Position numbers and translations under genes: made by a program. DNA of 64,000 bases from Octopus sinensis (Eukaryota): NCBI RefSeq assembly GCF_006345805.1, contig NC_043000.1:6014001-6078000 (forward strand), in the 5' to 3' direction. The notes under the pieces are model-generated. The model saw only the letters and a list, made by a program, of their open reading frames with translations. It ran no database searches and was not told the origin of the DNA. Shown here in pieces: positions 23,901-37,200 of this stretch. Within the stretch, counting starts at the first letter, position 1. Every line of letters begins with the position of its first letter.

Positions 23901-26900
23901 AGAATCTGTTTAAACATATTATCCGCACTGTCAGAGATGGAATAGATAAAGGCATAACAGTTGGACCTGTTTGATGCTAATCTTAATTAAATTCATTCTT
24001 ACTTCACTAAATTATATTATTTCTTTATCTATTTAGTTTAAGCGAAACCTACTCTATTTATTATCAGAAATAAATTTCAGTGAATTTTTCAATTATTTAC
24101 TATTATACTCAGCTTCATCTCAAGAATCTTTCTCAAATCATTGTTTAATTTTCCCCTGATCATATTTCATTGTATAACTTTAAGCATTACTATAATCTAC
24201 CTTCTTGTACATGGAGGGGAGGTTTTAAAAAATGGCTTTCGATGTTCAGGGAAAAAGTTTATTCAAGAATACTATTTATTCTTAAATTCCTGTGCAATTA
24301 AATGAATAACTGATATGACCAACACTAATTATCAGGAAAACATTACAACTTACTACAATACCATACATACACCAATATACAATTAGTAGTTCGAAACAAT
24401 GCTTCTTGAAATTAATATTTTGCTGTTTTTTTTTATATTAATTAATGATTTATATATTTTTTTAACAATTTTTGTTTATGATTTTAGGTTGCATTTTAGC
24501 TTTGCAATTTTATCCAATGAATGTAAACATTAGCCATACTCACAACTATGTAAAATACATAGTAATAGTCAAAAACATTAATATGAATTTAAAAATAATG
24601 CCATGCAGTTTAGGAGTGTTACTGAAAAAAAAAAAATTCCCCAAAAAACTTTGAAATTTTACAACAATGTAAAAAAAAAAAAAATTGGAAATGGTTTTAA
24701 GTTTAACATTGGAAATTTTAAAAATCCAGCTGATTTCCAACATTGAAAGAAGGGGGGAAAAAATTCACTGAATTTTTTTGTTTGTTTGTTTTTTTTGTTG
24801 TTTTTTAAAGTAATCAGCTTTAAAACTCAGCAACATTTGTAGCATCGTCGAAAAATTGGATGCTGGTAAAGTCCTTTGGAAATGAATGATCTTTGTAGAG
24901 CGTGAAAATAAATAGAATGGGATTTGAGACAGTTAATCAAAGAGAGCTTATTAACTAGCATGATGCTTTGTATGAAATACAAATAATTGCGGAAGAATGT
25001 GGAGATTTGATATTGAATGCATATTTCCCTGGCAACAAGGCTTTTATTAGATATTTGGCTCCTGCATTCAACTTTATGTTTGCATATAAGTCTCCAGTGA
25101 CCAAGGGAGACAGATTGAGTAACAATACCTAATTTGCTAAAGAAGACACGCTTAAACACCCACGTTTACAAAATTACAATATAGAACAATCTGATGGCAA
25201 AGTGGGAACTAAAACCCGTTAAATAAAGAGAGAGGGATGTTAACTAACAAGGAAAAATTTTACAATGAGTCACTGATTTTGCTGCTCCCTCTGGTTATCT
25301 GTAAACTTTGGTAGTAATTACAAAAGGTAAAGACTAAGTTAAAATGAGACAGATTAAAATACAAAGAATTTAAAAATTTAAAAAAAAGAAAAAAAAAAGA
25401 CAAAAATGTTCCAAATACCACATATTGCCAATGCTTATAACAATCACACTTTATCAATTCTGCCCATGAAATCAAGTCTTAAAATGAGAATTCAAATGAA
25501 CCAACTCCAAAAACTATTCTATACTTTGAAGATAAAAAACACAAAATTTAATAATACACTCTTGAAATACCACAGAAGCAGTGACATTAACAGGAGCGAC
25601 AAATAAATAAATGAAAGAAAAAAAAAAAATGAAATTCCACTCCTTTCTCAGATTGCAATCTGAGTTCAAATGATTTCAGTACCAGTTACAACCAGAGGTT
25701 CTTGTTTCTAGGTAATGAAATCGAAATTATTTCATCACAATTATTAGTTCAGGTGATGAGAGATTCAAAAACTCTTCCTTTTTTAATAAAAGCAGTTTGC
25801 ATTATGAAATGAAATTAATGTTGCAGATTCTGTACATGGTTGAATAAAAGGCAATGAAAAGAAGAAAATTGATCAAAATGATTTTGTTTCCACAATTGAA
25901 AGTTGTAGAAGAGTCAACAAACTTTTTCAGGGAAATATACACTGGAGAGGGTTTCTGTTGCTCTCACCAACCCAATAGCAAAACTTGAACTTAAATGCAA
26001 GCTAATTAATTAAACAGCTTAATTATATCCAATGCTTCAAGCAGTAAGCTGCACAGGCATCATGGTATCTATATTACAGATAGGTTGACTGAACTAGAGA
26101 GAATCAGAGAACAACACTGTATAATACTAATGGCTAGACATGATTCCTTGATTCCTTGACCATCTGGTTGATAGTCCGTTTTGTCACAACCATCTATGGC
26201 TCTGAATAATTTACATGTCTGCATTTCTGAAATTAATCATTTATAGAGCAGTAAGATCTTCAATAAGGATAATAACCTTGTCTTTTGTGTTGCCATTTAG
26301 AGATTAAAATGGTTTGTTTGGGGGAATGATGGAGAAGATGAACAATCTTTTTTTTTTCTTCAAATTAGACATAAAACAATCTTTGATACTCATTTCAAGG
26401 CAGCTTTTCTCTGTTCATAGATAGCAGATTTGACTTTGTGATGTTTCCAAAACTCTTTTATTAGAGTAGATTATGAGACCACCTGTCTTTTTTTTTTTTT
26501 GTTATGGATGAGCTGAATATGATTATAATATTGATGATGTTGCAGGTATTACCTTTCATGAACTAAAAGGGGGAGAATATGGAAATAAAGCACTTTTATG
26601 TAAAGATATAATTCTTCATACAGCCATGAATATAAACGGAAAGATGTTTTAAGGTTACCTATTACAGCTGATCATGATTGAATTATAGAAAATGTATTAC
26701 CTGTGCAGTCAGTTTTATATGTTCCTGTCTAATATGAAACATGTAGTAACTGGTCTGTATCTATTTTGGTGTTTATTCAGGACTAACCATAGACTCTGCT
26801 TCCAGTCTAGACAAATGCTAAGTTTAAGGAAAGATATTTTTCTTAATTCTATCAGGTTTTATCGAGTATTTGTGCGAAATTAGATTTGTTTAAATTTTCA

Positions 26901-27641
26901 GTTGAAATGTAAAAATTCTGTAAGAATGAATATTAGAGACAAGGAAAGAGAAAGAGAGAGAAAAAGGAATAGTTTACAATTAAGAACCTTATAAATTAAT
27001 GGCAGCGCCTCGTTATACTTGCTGATTAATTACAACAATGCTACACAAAACAGAATGAGTGAGATGATAGCTGATCTTCAAAAAAAGCTATGTATGTATG
27101 ATAGTAACTGAAGTGATTATAGTTTATGCTTTCACTTCTATAACAGAATGTAAAAAGTTGGTAATCTTTGTATGAATATTCTAAAAGGAAATTCAGATAC
27201 ACCACCACCACCACCACCCCTGCTTTTAATTATTGATGTCCTCATCACTAAAATGAAGAAGAGTAAAGTAAAGCGCAGAAATATTGAAGTTTTTGCAATT
27301 AATATTTCTTTAAAAATGCTGAATATTGATATTGAAGGGAAATATAGATAAGTATTAGTTTAAGAGAAGAAAAGCTACATATATATATATATATATATAT
27401 AATTAAGATTCAGTTGAATTAGGTACTTAAATTGAGGCACCAAGCCAGTTCGGAATAATCCAGACAGCTCCAAGTTAGGTGAACAGAATGTAAATAAGTA
27501 ACAAGGATGTCCAGGTATCAAAACAATTATGGCTGTTTTGAAAGGCTCCATTTAATTGATCAATGAAAACATTACATCAATTTGAAAGAAATTGCTCTCC
27601 TCAGATGTAGATGACCGTATAGATTTCCAACATAAAGGATA

Positions 27642-27965
27642 GGAGCACTCTGTCGATTACGATGACGAGGGTCCCAGCGGATATGATCAATGGAACAGCC
27701 TGGTTGTGAAATTAATGTGCAAGTGACTGAGCAATCCACAGACACGTGTACCCTTAATGTAGTTTCTCAGGGAGATTCAGTGTGACACAGAATGTGACAA
27801 GGCTGGCCCTTTGAAATACAGGTATCACTAATTTTTGCCAGCTTAGTGGACTGGAGCAACATGAAATAAAGTGTCTTGCTCAAGGACACAACGCGTCGCC
27901 GGGAATCGAACTCACGACTTTACAATCGCAAGCCAAATGCCCTAACCACTAAGCCACACACCTTC
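27642..27965 (-). mobile_element. Full-length tRNA/CORE-type SINE with 12-bp TSD
   Basis: TSD ACATAAAGGATA at 27630-27641 and 27966-27977; A/B boxes on the minus strand. Confidence 0.9.
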
Positions 27966-28127
27966 ACATAAAGGATAAACCTTTTCTTAAAACAAATTTA
28001 TATCAATACTAGAAACTAAAATAATTACATTGTTTCCTTATGTTATATTTATGGCAGAATGAGTTAAGAAGAAAATACATATCTTATTAAGCCTAATATA
28101 ATTTAGAGAGAAGCAGAGGAAAATAGT

Positions 28128-28237
28128 TAGGGTCAAGACATAGGAGTGGTGAGATAGGGTCAAGATATAGGAGTGGTGAGATAGGGTCAAGATATAGGAG
28201 TGGTGAGATAGGGTCAAGATATAGGAGTGGTGAGATA
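28128..28237. repeat. Minisatellite, 27-bp unit x4
   Basis: TAGGGTCAAGAYATAGGAGTGGTGAGA x4. Confidence 0.95.
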
Positions 28238-28339
28238 TTTAGAAGCTTTTATGCAACATGTAGTCTACAACCGTTTAGAATTAAATCCATTGGGAGTTGT
28301 CAACCGTTTCTAGGTGATGGTGATCAGCCAGTCCGTCTG

Positions 28340-28700
28340 GTGCTGAGTCAGCTCCACTGGTCCCAGCATTCCTTCCATTCCCCTCCTTTTCTCACCATTC
28401 TCCTCCACATAGTTCCAAACAATTTTCTTAAATCATCTTCCCACCTGATTGGAGGTCTTCTGAGTGGTCTCTTCTGCTTGCGCCGGTACCACTCGAGCAC
28501 AACTGCGCAGGTCCACCGATTGTCAGTGAACCTTACAACAGGACCAGCCCATCATAGCTTTGCGTGGTGATATTCTGCGATGATGTCCTTCACTCCAGTT
28601 CTATCCCTCGTCTCTTTATTCTAGATGTGATCTCGTAGCAAGATTCCCAACATTGACCTTTCCATGGCTCTCTGCTCTGTAAGCAGGTATTGTTATTCTT
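28340..28700 (-). mobile_element. RTE-1-type LINE fragment (second RTE lineage), with in-frame stops
   Basis: Minus strand QRAMERSMLG..RDHI...RTGVKDII...WAGPVVRFTDNRWT...RPPIRWEDDL. Confidence 0.8.
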
Positions 28701-29173
28701 TCTTCATCAAGGCCTAAGTCTCACATGTGTATAGCATTGCAGGCAAGACTGTGCTGTTGAAGAGATTTGTGTGAGTGGCCTTTCCATGGTTTGCCATAAA
28801 ACAATCTTTGTATATATATATATACATATACATACATATTACTATTATTGTTTTTTGTATTTATATTTGTGTGGCATCGTCCGTTTTTCTGTCCTTGTTT
28901 CATATACATTTGATCCTTCTTCCAAGAAATCTAATGCTCGTAGCTTAGTTTTTCCTTGGGGCTGGCTGGATCGGAGCGATCTCAAGATTAATCAGCCGAA
29001 ATTGCGAGGATGATCCGTTTCTTGACTGAAGATTGAAGGCTTCGAATGTCCCATCCGTGTTTTTTGTATCATCTTCTAAATGTTTTACATTCTTGTCCCA
29101 GTTTGTATTTTTCTACATATAATATATATATATATACATATACATACATATACATACATACATATACATACAT

Positions 29174-29226
<53 letters not shown>

Positions 29227-30751
29227 TGCACGTACATATATGTATATATGTATGTGAGGGTGTATAATGGCTTAAGACAACTGTAAGAGGCAGAAATTTG
29301 AATGAGGAAATAGAGAAAAAAAATGAAGAAATATATAAATTGGCAAATTAAGGGCCATTAATTGCATAGCAATGTAATAGAAGTTGAGTCCTGTTCAAGT
29401 GAAATGCTTCTGCATGCACTAAAGAAGGCTCTCCACATCTATTTTATGTTTCAATATATTTATACACCAATGTCATTTCTTAAATGTCCAAACTATATTA
29501 GATGTTTATATTTTTATTTTATCAGAATGTAAAGTTGTTTGTTTTTCCCCCCTTGCTACTATTTGTTTTTACCTAATTTCCAATTATTTTTTTTATTAGT
29601 CAGGTAAATTCTTTCAGGTATTTCAGAAAGTTTTAATATATCCTAAAATATATTAAGTTTCACAAGAATTGCCCATAGTTTTGATTTTGTCTCTTTTAAG
29701 AAATAGTTTCAGGTTAATGACTTTTATGTACAGTGCATAATATTGGGTTTGTGAAGCAATCTGCAATTAATTCATTCATAGCTTTTGTTTTAAGGTAAAC
29801 TTTCAGAAGAAGATTTGTTTGATGTATATAATAAATAAGATGCATTCCATGAGAAATGGCCAAAGACGAATATAATAGACATATATAAAAAAAAAAAACT
29901 GAAAAGATATCGACAAATTAAACAAGAATATGCTGTCTTGTAGCTATTTATATTGGTATGTGAGAATGAGAAATGTAAGGAAGACATTCTAAGAAATAGT
30001 TTAAACAGAATTTTAACCTAGTTTCTTAAAATATATGGGTTGAGCTTTTGATAGCTTATCTTAGTTTAAACTAAATGTTTTCAAAACTAGAAATAAATCA
30101 TAATACTTACATTGAGGTTTTGAGTTAATAAGAGAAATTGAGGGGAGGGGGGAAAAGGGCAACAGACAAGAATATAAATAAAATTCTGAGTACTAATGTG
30201 TTAAACAGAATAATTATTATTCTGGGAACTGTTTGAAAAGTTTCAAGCATGAAATCTTTATACTTAAATTGATGGGTTTGTCTTAAAAATTTTAAATAAA
30301 AAAAAATTAAAAAATTGTTTTTTTTTTCTAACTTTAACAAAAATATTTCACAGAATTAGCTTGGTAAAATTTATTGCTATAATAATGATATATAAATTGT
30401 AAGTATTTCCTTTGATAAATAGAAGAAATACAACGATGACGTGAAAGTTGAAAAAAAGAAAAATGAAAGATGCTTCTTTGTTTAACAACAACCATTTCAC
30501 AAACACTATCAAAAAGATTAGGTCCCAAAAAGATGAAGCTTCTGAAAAAACATGTATTTTCAAAAAAAGTGATTCACTTGCTGATTGATTATCTGAGCTG
30601 CCGCAAAAAAAAAAAAAAAGAAAAAATGGAAAAATAAAATAATCAGAACTTTATTCATTTGTTTCTTTTCCCTTATTCAAAATTAACAATAATTAAATAA
30701 TTAAGAGGGGGAAGAGTTAAACTTCGACTGTAAATTACCAAGAACAATGTG

Positions 30752-30752
<1 letters not shown>

Positions 30753-30825
<73 letters not shown>

Positions 30826-30857
30826 ATGTATGTATGTATGTATGTATGTATGTATGT

Positions 30858-30895
<38 letters not shown>

Positions 30896-30918
30896 ATGTA
30901 TGTATGTATGTATGTATG

Positions 30919-30962
<44 letters not shown>

Positions 30963-30994
30963 ATGTATGTATGTATGTATATATATATATATAT

Positions 30995-31027
<33 letters not shown>

Positions 31028-31115
31028 ATGTATGTATGTATGTATGTATGTATATATATATATATATATATATAAACACATATACATACACACACACATA
31101 CATACATGTATATAT
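30753..31115. repeat. Compound (TA)n(TG)n(TATG)n microsatellite repeated in blocks
   Basis: Direct inspection. Confidence 0.95.
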
Positions 31116-31617
31116 AGGATTTGTTTGAATTAAAAAATTTTAAATGAAATAAATAATAAATAAATATTTGAAACAGAATAAACAATAAGAAACAAAACAA
31201 AACAAACAAACTTAAAATCAGTTTCGAGACAATTAATTGAGAATAAAAAGTGAGGAACTGAATTGATAATTTTGTTTGCTTTTTTTTTTAGTTTTTCTTT
31301 TTTCCCTTGTAAATGATATAAAGTCTATTGCAAATGAATGGGGTGAGTTCAAAATGACTTAAAATTGTAAAATCTGTGACGACACAAATTATTTGATACC
31401 AAAAAAAAAAAGAAGGAAAACATAACAAAAGAAAACAAAAATGGTAAAATCGCTTTTTAAAAACGTTCCAGGATGAAACAAATGAATAGTTAGACCAAAT
31501 ATACTGTGTCCAATCAAATATGTTTGATTCCAGTGATTGAAAGAAATTATTGTCACATAAACTTTAGATGTTATTCCCAGTTTGTGTTTGTGTGTGCATG
31601 TGTGTGTTTGTATGATA

Positions 31618-31618
<1 letters not shown>

Positions 31619-31679
<61 letters not shown>

Positions 31680-31705
31680 AGAGAAAGAAAGAAAGAGAGA
31701 GAGAA
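31619..31705. repeat. (GA)n tract just 3' of the MCTP stop codon ((CU)n in the mRNA)
   Basis: Direct inspection. Confidence 0.95.
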
Positions 31706-31721
31706 GTAAAAAGAAATTTTA

Positions 31722-31790
31722 TCACAACGCTTTTTTCTTTGCTGTTACTGGATTTATAGTATTTTCTGGTCTGTATTCTCGATTTTGAAG
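31722..31790 (-). CDS. MCTP1: MCTP terminal coding exon
   Basis: Long pyrimidine tract, then ttttag|[22 protein letters not shown]; the basic C-terminus is typical of MCTPs. Confidence 0.85.
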   Translation of the reverse strand, partial: LQNREYRPENTINPVTAKKKAL

Positions 31791-33721
31791 CTAAAAAAGA
31801 GAAGAGAAAGAAAGAGAGAGAGAATAAGAGAATATAAAAGAATAACAGCTAAGCCAACTCAGCTATAATACATCTGCATTCATTAACTTTTAATATTTTA
31901 ATATATTATGCATAAGACAAGGAATTTGAAATATGAAACTTTTGTTGGCAAAATGAAAGAAAATAAATTAAATAAAGCAAATGAAAATCAGAATGTGCTA
32001 CGAAAAAAAAAAAAAAACCAGAAAGAAGACTCCCTGCTCTGTTAGTTCAGTTATTCCTATATGAAATATCCTTAAGATCTTGAAAGAATAACAAACTGAG
32101 GTATTCTTGATTGTTTTCTCCAGGCCCATAGAAGAACTTGAATTGAATCCTGAAAGAATGTTCTTATTGCTTACAGCAGTACACATGCAAATAAATTTTA
32201 AAATTCAGAACACCTTCATTAATTCTGACATTTATAAAACATTCTATATATTTAATGTGGAGGCGTGTGGCTTAGTGGTTAGGGTGTCAGCATCATGATC
32301 GTAAAAGTGTGGCTTCGATTCCTTGACCGGGCGACGCGTTGTGTTCTTGAGCAAAACACTTCATTTCACATTGCTCCAGTCCACTCAGCTGGCAAAAATG
32401 AGTAACGCTGCAATGGACTGGTGTCCCGTCCAGCTAGGGAACACATACACCATAGAAACCGGGCCCATGAGCCTGGTTAGGCTTTAAAAGGGTGCATTTA
32501 TTATTATTATTATTATATATTTAATAGCCAAAAACAAACAAAAAGACAAAATCCTATACAACCTATGCATCCAAAGATACATCTGGTTCAATTATAATAA
32601 GCTTAGTTTGTTTATTCATTATACCTGATGTCATCATCATCAACATTCAACAATTCTTCTTCACGCTGGAGGACTGTGTTGAGATCCAATATCTGTTTTG
32701 CCAGGCAGAAACATTAGCATGCCGGTGAAATGCTTAGCAGTATTTCATCTATCTTTATGTTCTGAGTTCAACTTTGCCTTTCATCCTTTTGGGGTTGATA
32801 AATTAAGTACCAGTTGCATACTGGGATCTATCTAACCGACTGGTCCCCTCCCCTAAAATTTCGGGCCTTGTGCCTAGATTAGAAAAGAATATCTGCTTTG
32901 CCATAGCTGCTACAGCTGGATACCTTTCCAAATGCAAAATTTGGGGAAAAGGAAAAGCCCTCTTGAACTAAGTAGGGGGAATATTTGAGAGGCTGGAGAG
33001 GTAGCTTCATGCCAGGGACAAGCAAGTGTCTTGCTATAGAAAAAATACATGGCTACCCTGCATCCTATAAGGGCGGGAATATGCAGGGGAAAAAAGAAAC
33101 ATGGTAGTGATAGGGTGCCAGAGCAAAACCTAAAGAGACAAAAGTTGATATGGGTAGTGGATCAGGAAGGGAGTAGCGAGTGTGAAAAATAACAATCAAG
33201 AAAAGAAAGGATTTTGTTGTGCATTGCATGACTTACAAGCTCTCCCACCCCACAAAATGTTACTGCCAGGCCTTCTGGTTCCTTACTGACAAGGTTTCTA
33301 TCAACTTCCTTTCTGTTACTTGTCAATCAAGATAACTCTGTAAACAATTGTAAACAACACCCACTGATAAAGCCAATATGTTTGTTGTCTGTGTTGTAAA
33401 CAACCCTCTACTATACATGAACAACAGGCTTCCCCCAAACTCATTTCCATTTGTGGATGATCACAAGAAAGTCTGATGATAGGTCTACTCCATCAGGTCT
33501 GACCCATGGCTAAATAACATTAAACACATGCACAATAAAACTTCCCCCAAACTCTTTTTTGTTTATGTAACATCAACAGTTGAAATGTCTATGATCACAG
33601 ATCCACTCCATCAGGTCTGACCAGGGGCTAAATAACATTAAAACCACAGCGATTAGTTTGTTATATGGTAAGTATTAATAAAATGATATTTTAAATAATA
33701 ATAATAATAATAATAATAATG

Positions 33722-33769
<48 letters not shown>

Positions 33770-34266
33770 TTAATAATAATTGTGTACAGTGCTCAGGTGC
33801 ACTACAACTCATCTAAAGTGTATATATAATCAGGTGTAGTTTCGGCGGATTTCGGAAAGCATGAGGGCCTTAAAGGATGCTTTGTCATGGCAGTCAACAA
33901 CTGACGCAGGCAGTTTATTCCATGCTTCAGCAACTCTGAGCGTGAAAAAATGTTTCCGAAAGTCATGGGAACTGTGTTGTTTTCTGACTTTTCCCACAAT
34001 ATATGTTATTTTCAAATATACAATGTGCTTAAAGCAGTTAATTAGTCTAGGGGAGACAATCTCTTCCAGATTAAACTGTTGAGTCAAAATGAGTTAACAT
34101 ACCAGTTCTAGATCACATGGTACTCGTGAAAGGAAGTCCAGTATTTCATTATTTGGTATAGCATTCGGAGACCTAAGCTTTTTGGTAAATTTGTTAATGC
34201 CTGAAAATAAATAATTTCAACAATTACTAAAAAACAAAATGTGTTCATATTTATAGTATATGTGTG

Positions 34267-34297
<31 letters not shown>

Positions 34298-37200
34298 ACA
34301 TACATACATGCATGGTGAGGTGAATAAACTGTCGTCTAAATTATGCAAAAATGAAAATAATACTGACATCTCATTTTAACAGATATATTTACTAAAATTA
34401 CATGAAAATATCTTGGAATACTAAAGAGTAAATATATTCAATAAAATCGCCATCGGATTCAACCATGACCTCCAGACGATTTTGGAATCTCCTGTAACTC
34501 TTCTGGATGGTCTCCTTGTTTAAATTGGTGAATGCTACCATAATCCTTGCCTTCAGTTCATCTTTGGCATCACAAGGAATTTTGTTGGTCTCTTGCTCAA
34601 CTGCACCCCACACACAATAATCAAGGGGATTGCAGTCTGGGTAGTTAGGTGGTCAGATGTTTGGGCTGATGTAGTTGCAGAAATTGTCTGACAGTCAAGA
34701 TTGAGTTCTCCTGCTTGCATGGCATGGTGCAGAGTCTTGTTGCCAGACATAGGGTCTTCCAGCAGCCACCATCTTGACCCAGGGCAGTACTACCTCCACC
34801 AGGCATGTGGTGTAGGCCTCTGTGTTGAGTCTGAGGCCATGTGGGAAGAGATGAATGGAGGCATAAAATTGCCATCACTAGTATTCATTTCAAACAGCAT
34901 GATGTTGATTGGATGTTTGATGTTTATCACTCTCGGTACATGTCCTCAGATTGCCCTGTCCTCAGATTGCCCTGTCCTCCGACTCACACCCAGACACTCG
35001 GAAATGTTCATATTGGAGCTTCTGGTGCAAATGTCAAGCAGTACAGCATGCTGTTTCTAAATTTCTGGCTGAGTGAATTGCTTCATGGTACTGTTTTCTC
35101 ACAGACAGTGCCCAACTGACCCTACTAAACTGTGTAGTTGACAAAATCAAAAACAAACAATGTGCATGCACAAAATTGAAAATATAAAATGTTGACAATT
35201 TACCCAACACACCCTGTATATATGCACTCACACAGTAGAGTCCATGATTGTTAGTTTTTACCAGAAGTATTTTAGTAATACTTACCCCACAACAATAGTA
35301 ACATTCGCAGTGGGATTAAGTAGCAGATTATGGCACCTAACAGCAGAAATATCACAGCAAGAGTAGAGAGCCACGGAATGCTCCAGTTAAATGTACTGTA
35401 ACAAAGAAAAGAGGAACATCAGATGCATTATTATTGTCATCATCAATTAACGTCATAAAGCTAGCATGGAACAGCTTCAGAAGAGTAATGTAATTTCACT
35501 ATGGCACAATGATCACAAGCTGATGCTTCCCTTATTGTTTCTTGGGAAATGGTATTTCAGAAACTTTTCTAGGTTATTTTTAATGCAATAACACTCAACA
35601 GTTAATGTACTGTTTGACCATTTAAACATTTTGATACCAACACACCTGATACAGCCCTTGGTCCTATGATACAAACTGTCTGTTTCAAAATGACTTTAAT
35701 TAAAATCTTTTCTCAAAACTTCATGTTAATCTATGTTCCAAACACCAGCTTTATAATGACAAAGTTCTTTTACCTAATTCTTCATTATTTTTAAAATTAA
35801 CTGAAAAAAAAGGCAATGTATTTCAGTAGGAATTTGGTAATAAAATGGTTAAACATCATACATTTAAAAGATGTGGGTATAGTATCAGTGAAAATACTAT
35901 TTCTCACTAAGAAGTGGAATGAATGAGTGAATGTGGTACTGTAGTCTTTGTATAATTCCATAGGAACTGATTAGCATTTTAATTCATCAACCCCAGAAAG
36001 ATGAATGGTAAAATGGCCTTGGCAAGATTTAAGCTCAAAATGTAAAAGGCCATAATTAAATACTAGAGGCATTTTGTCCAATACTCTAAAAAATCCATTA
36101 ATTTATTGCTCAATGGCTTAGGGATGAAAATCTGCAGAATGATAATAATAATAATAATCCTTTCTACTATAGGCACAAGGTCTGAAGTTGTAGCAGAGGG
36201 GGCTAGTTGATTACTTTGACCCGAGTGTGTAACTGGTACTTATTTCATGGATTCCAAAAGGATGAAAGGCAAAGTTGACCTCAGCAGAATTTGAATTCAG
36301 AACATAAAAATGGACAAAATGCTGCTAAGTATTTCACCTGGCATTCTGACGATTCTGCCAGCTCACCACCTTATTAATAATAATAATAATCCTTTCTACT
36401 ACAGGCACAAGGCCTGAGATTTTTTTAGGTGTGGAGGCTAGCCAATTACATCAACTGCTATTTGCAACTGGTACTAATTTTATCAATTCTGGAAGGACGA
36501 AAGACAAAGTCAACTTGGCAGAATTTGAACCCAGAATGTAAAGACGGATGGAATACTGATAATAATAATTTAGTTTCCATATATCATAATTAAAGATCAT
36601 TAGTCTAATTTTACAATCACCTCTTCCACTAAACCAAGTAAAAAGAGATAATATTATCAGTAATACAAAAAACTAAATTAGCTCTACCTTTGGGAAAAAT
36701 ACCAATTAGTTTTAAGTTCATCTCTTATTATAAAAGGCAGATTTTATCTGTCTCCCTTTGTCACTTATAGAAATCTACAATATAGGATTTCTTCAATTAC
36801 AATTTACCTAGCATTTTTAAGAGTAGAATGCATCGGGTCATGCCAGGTCCAGTTTTTAAAATTTAAACTCCAATTAAGCAAAATTTACAGAAAACTCACA
36901 TTCTGGTGTGTATGTCAAATGCTTTTCTTAATGTGGTTTACACCACACGCACACGCACACACACAGTGTGCAACGAATAAAATGAAAGTAATTGGAAGAG
37001 AGTAAATAGCGACAGAGTGATTTGAGGAAGACTAAACTGAAAGTATTTAAACCACTACTCAAAAAATAAAAAAACACAGCAAACAGAAACAAATAAATAC
37101 ATAACGATTTACTCCTCACACAATTTCTTCAATTAGAGTTTACCTAAGATTTTTCAAAGTACTCCATTCGGTCATGCCATAATATATTTCTTTCAATTTC

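Noticed and set aside
28128-28237. 27-bp x4 repeat as a regulatory array
   Set aside because: Simple head-to-tail minisatellite with no spacers and no evidence of function.
28940-29055. Hammerhead-like GGCTG..CAGCCGAAA and CTGAAGA..TTCGAA in a repeat-like segment
   Set aside because: Core halves are not in the correct order or spacing; no complete scaffold can be drawn.
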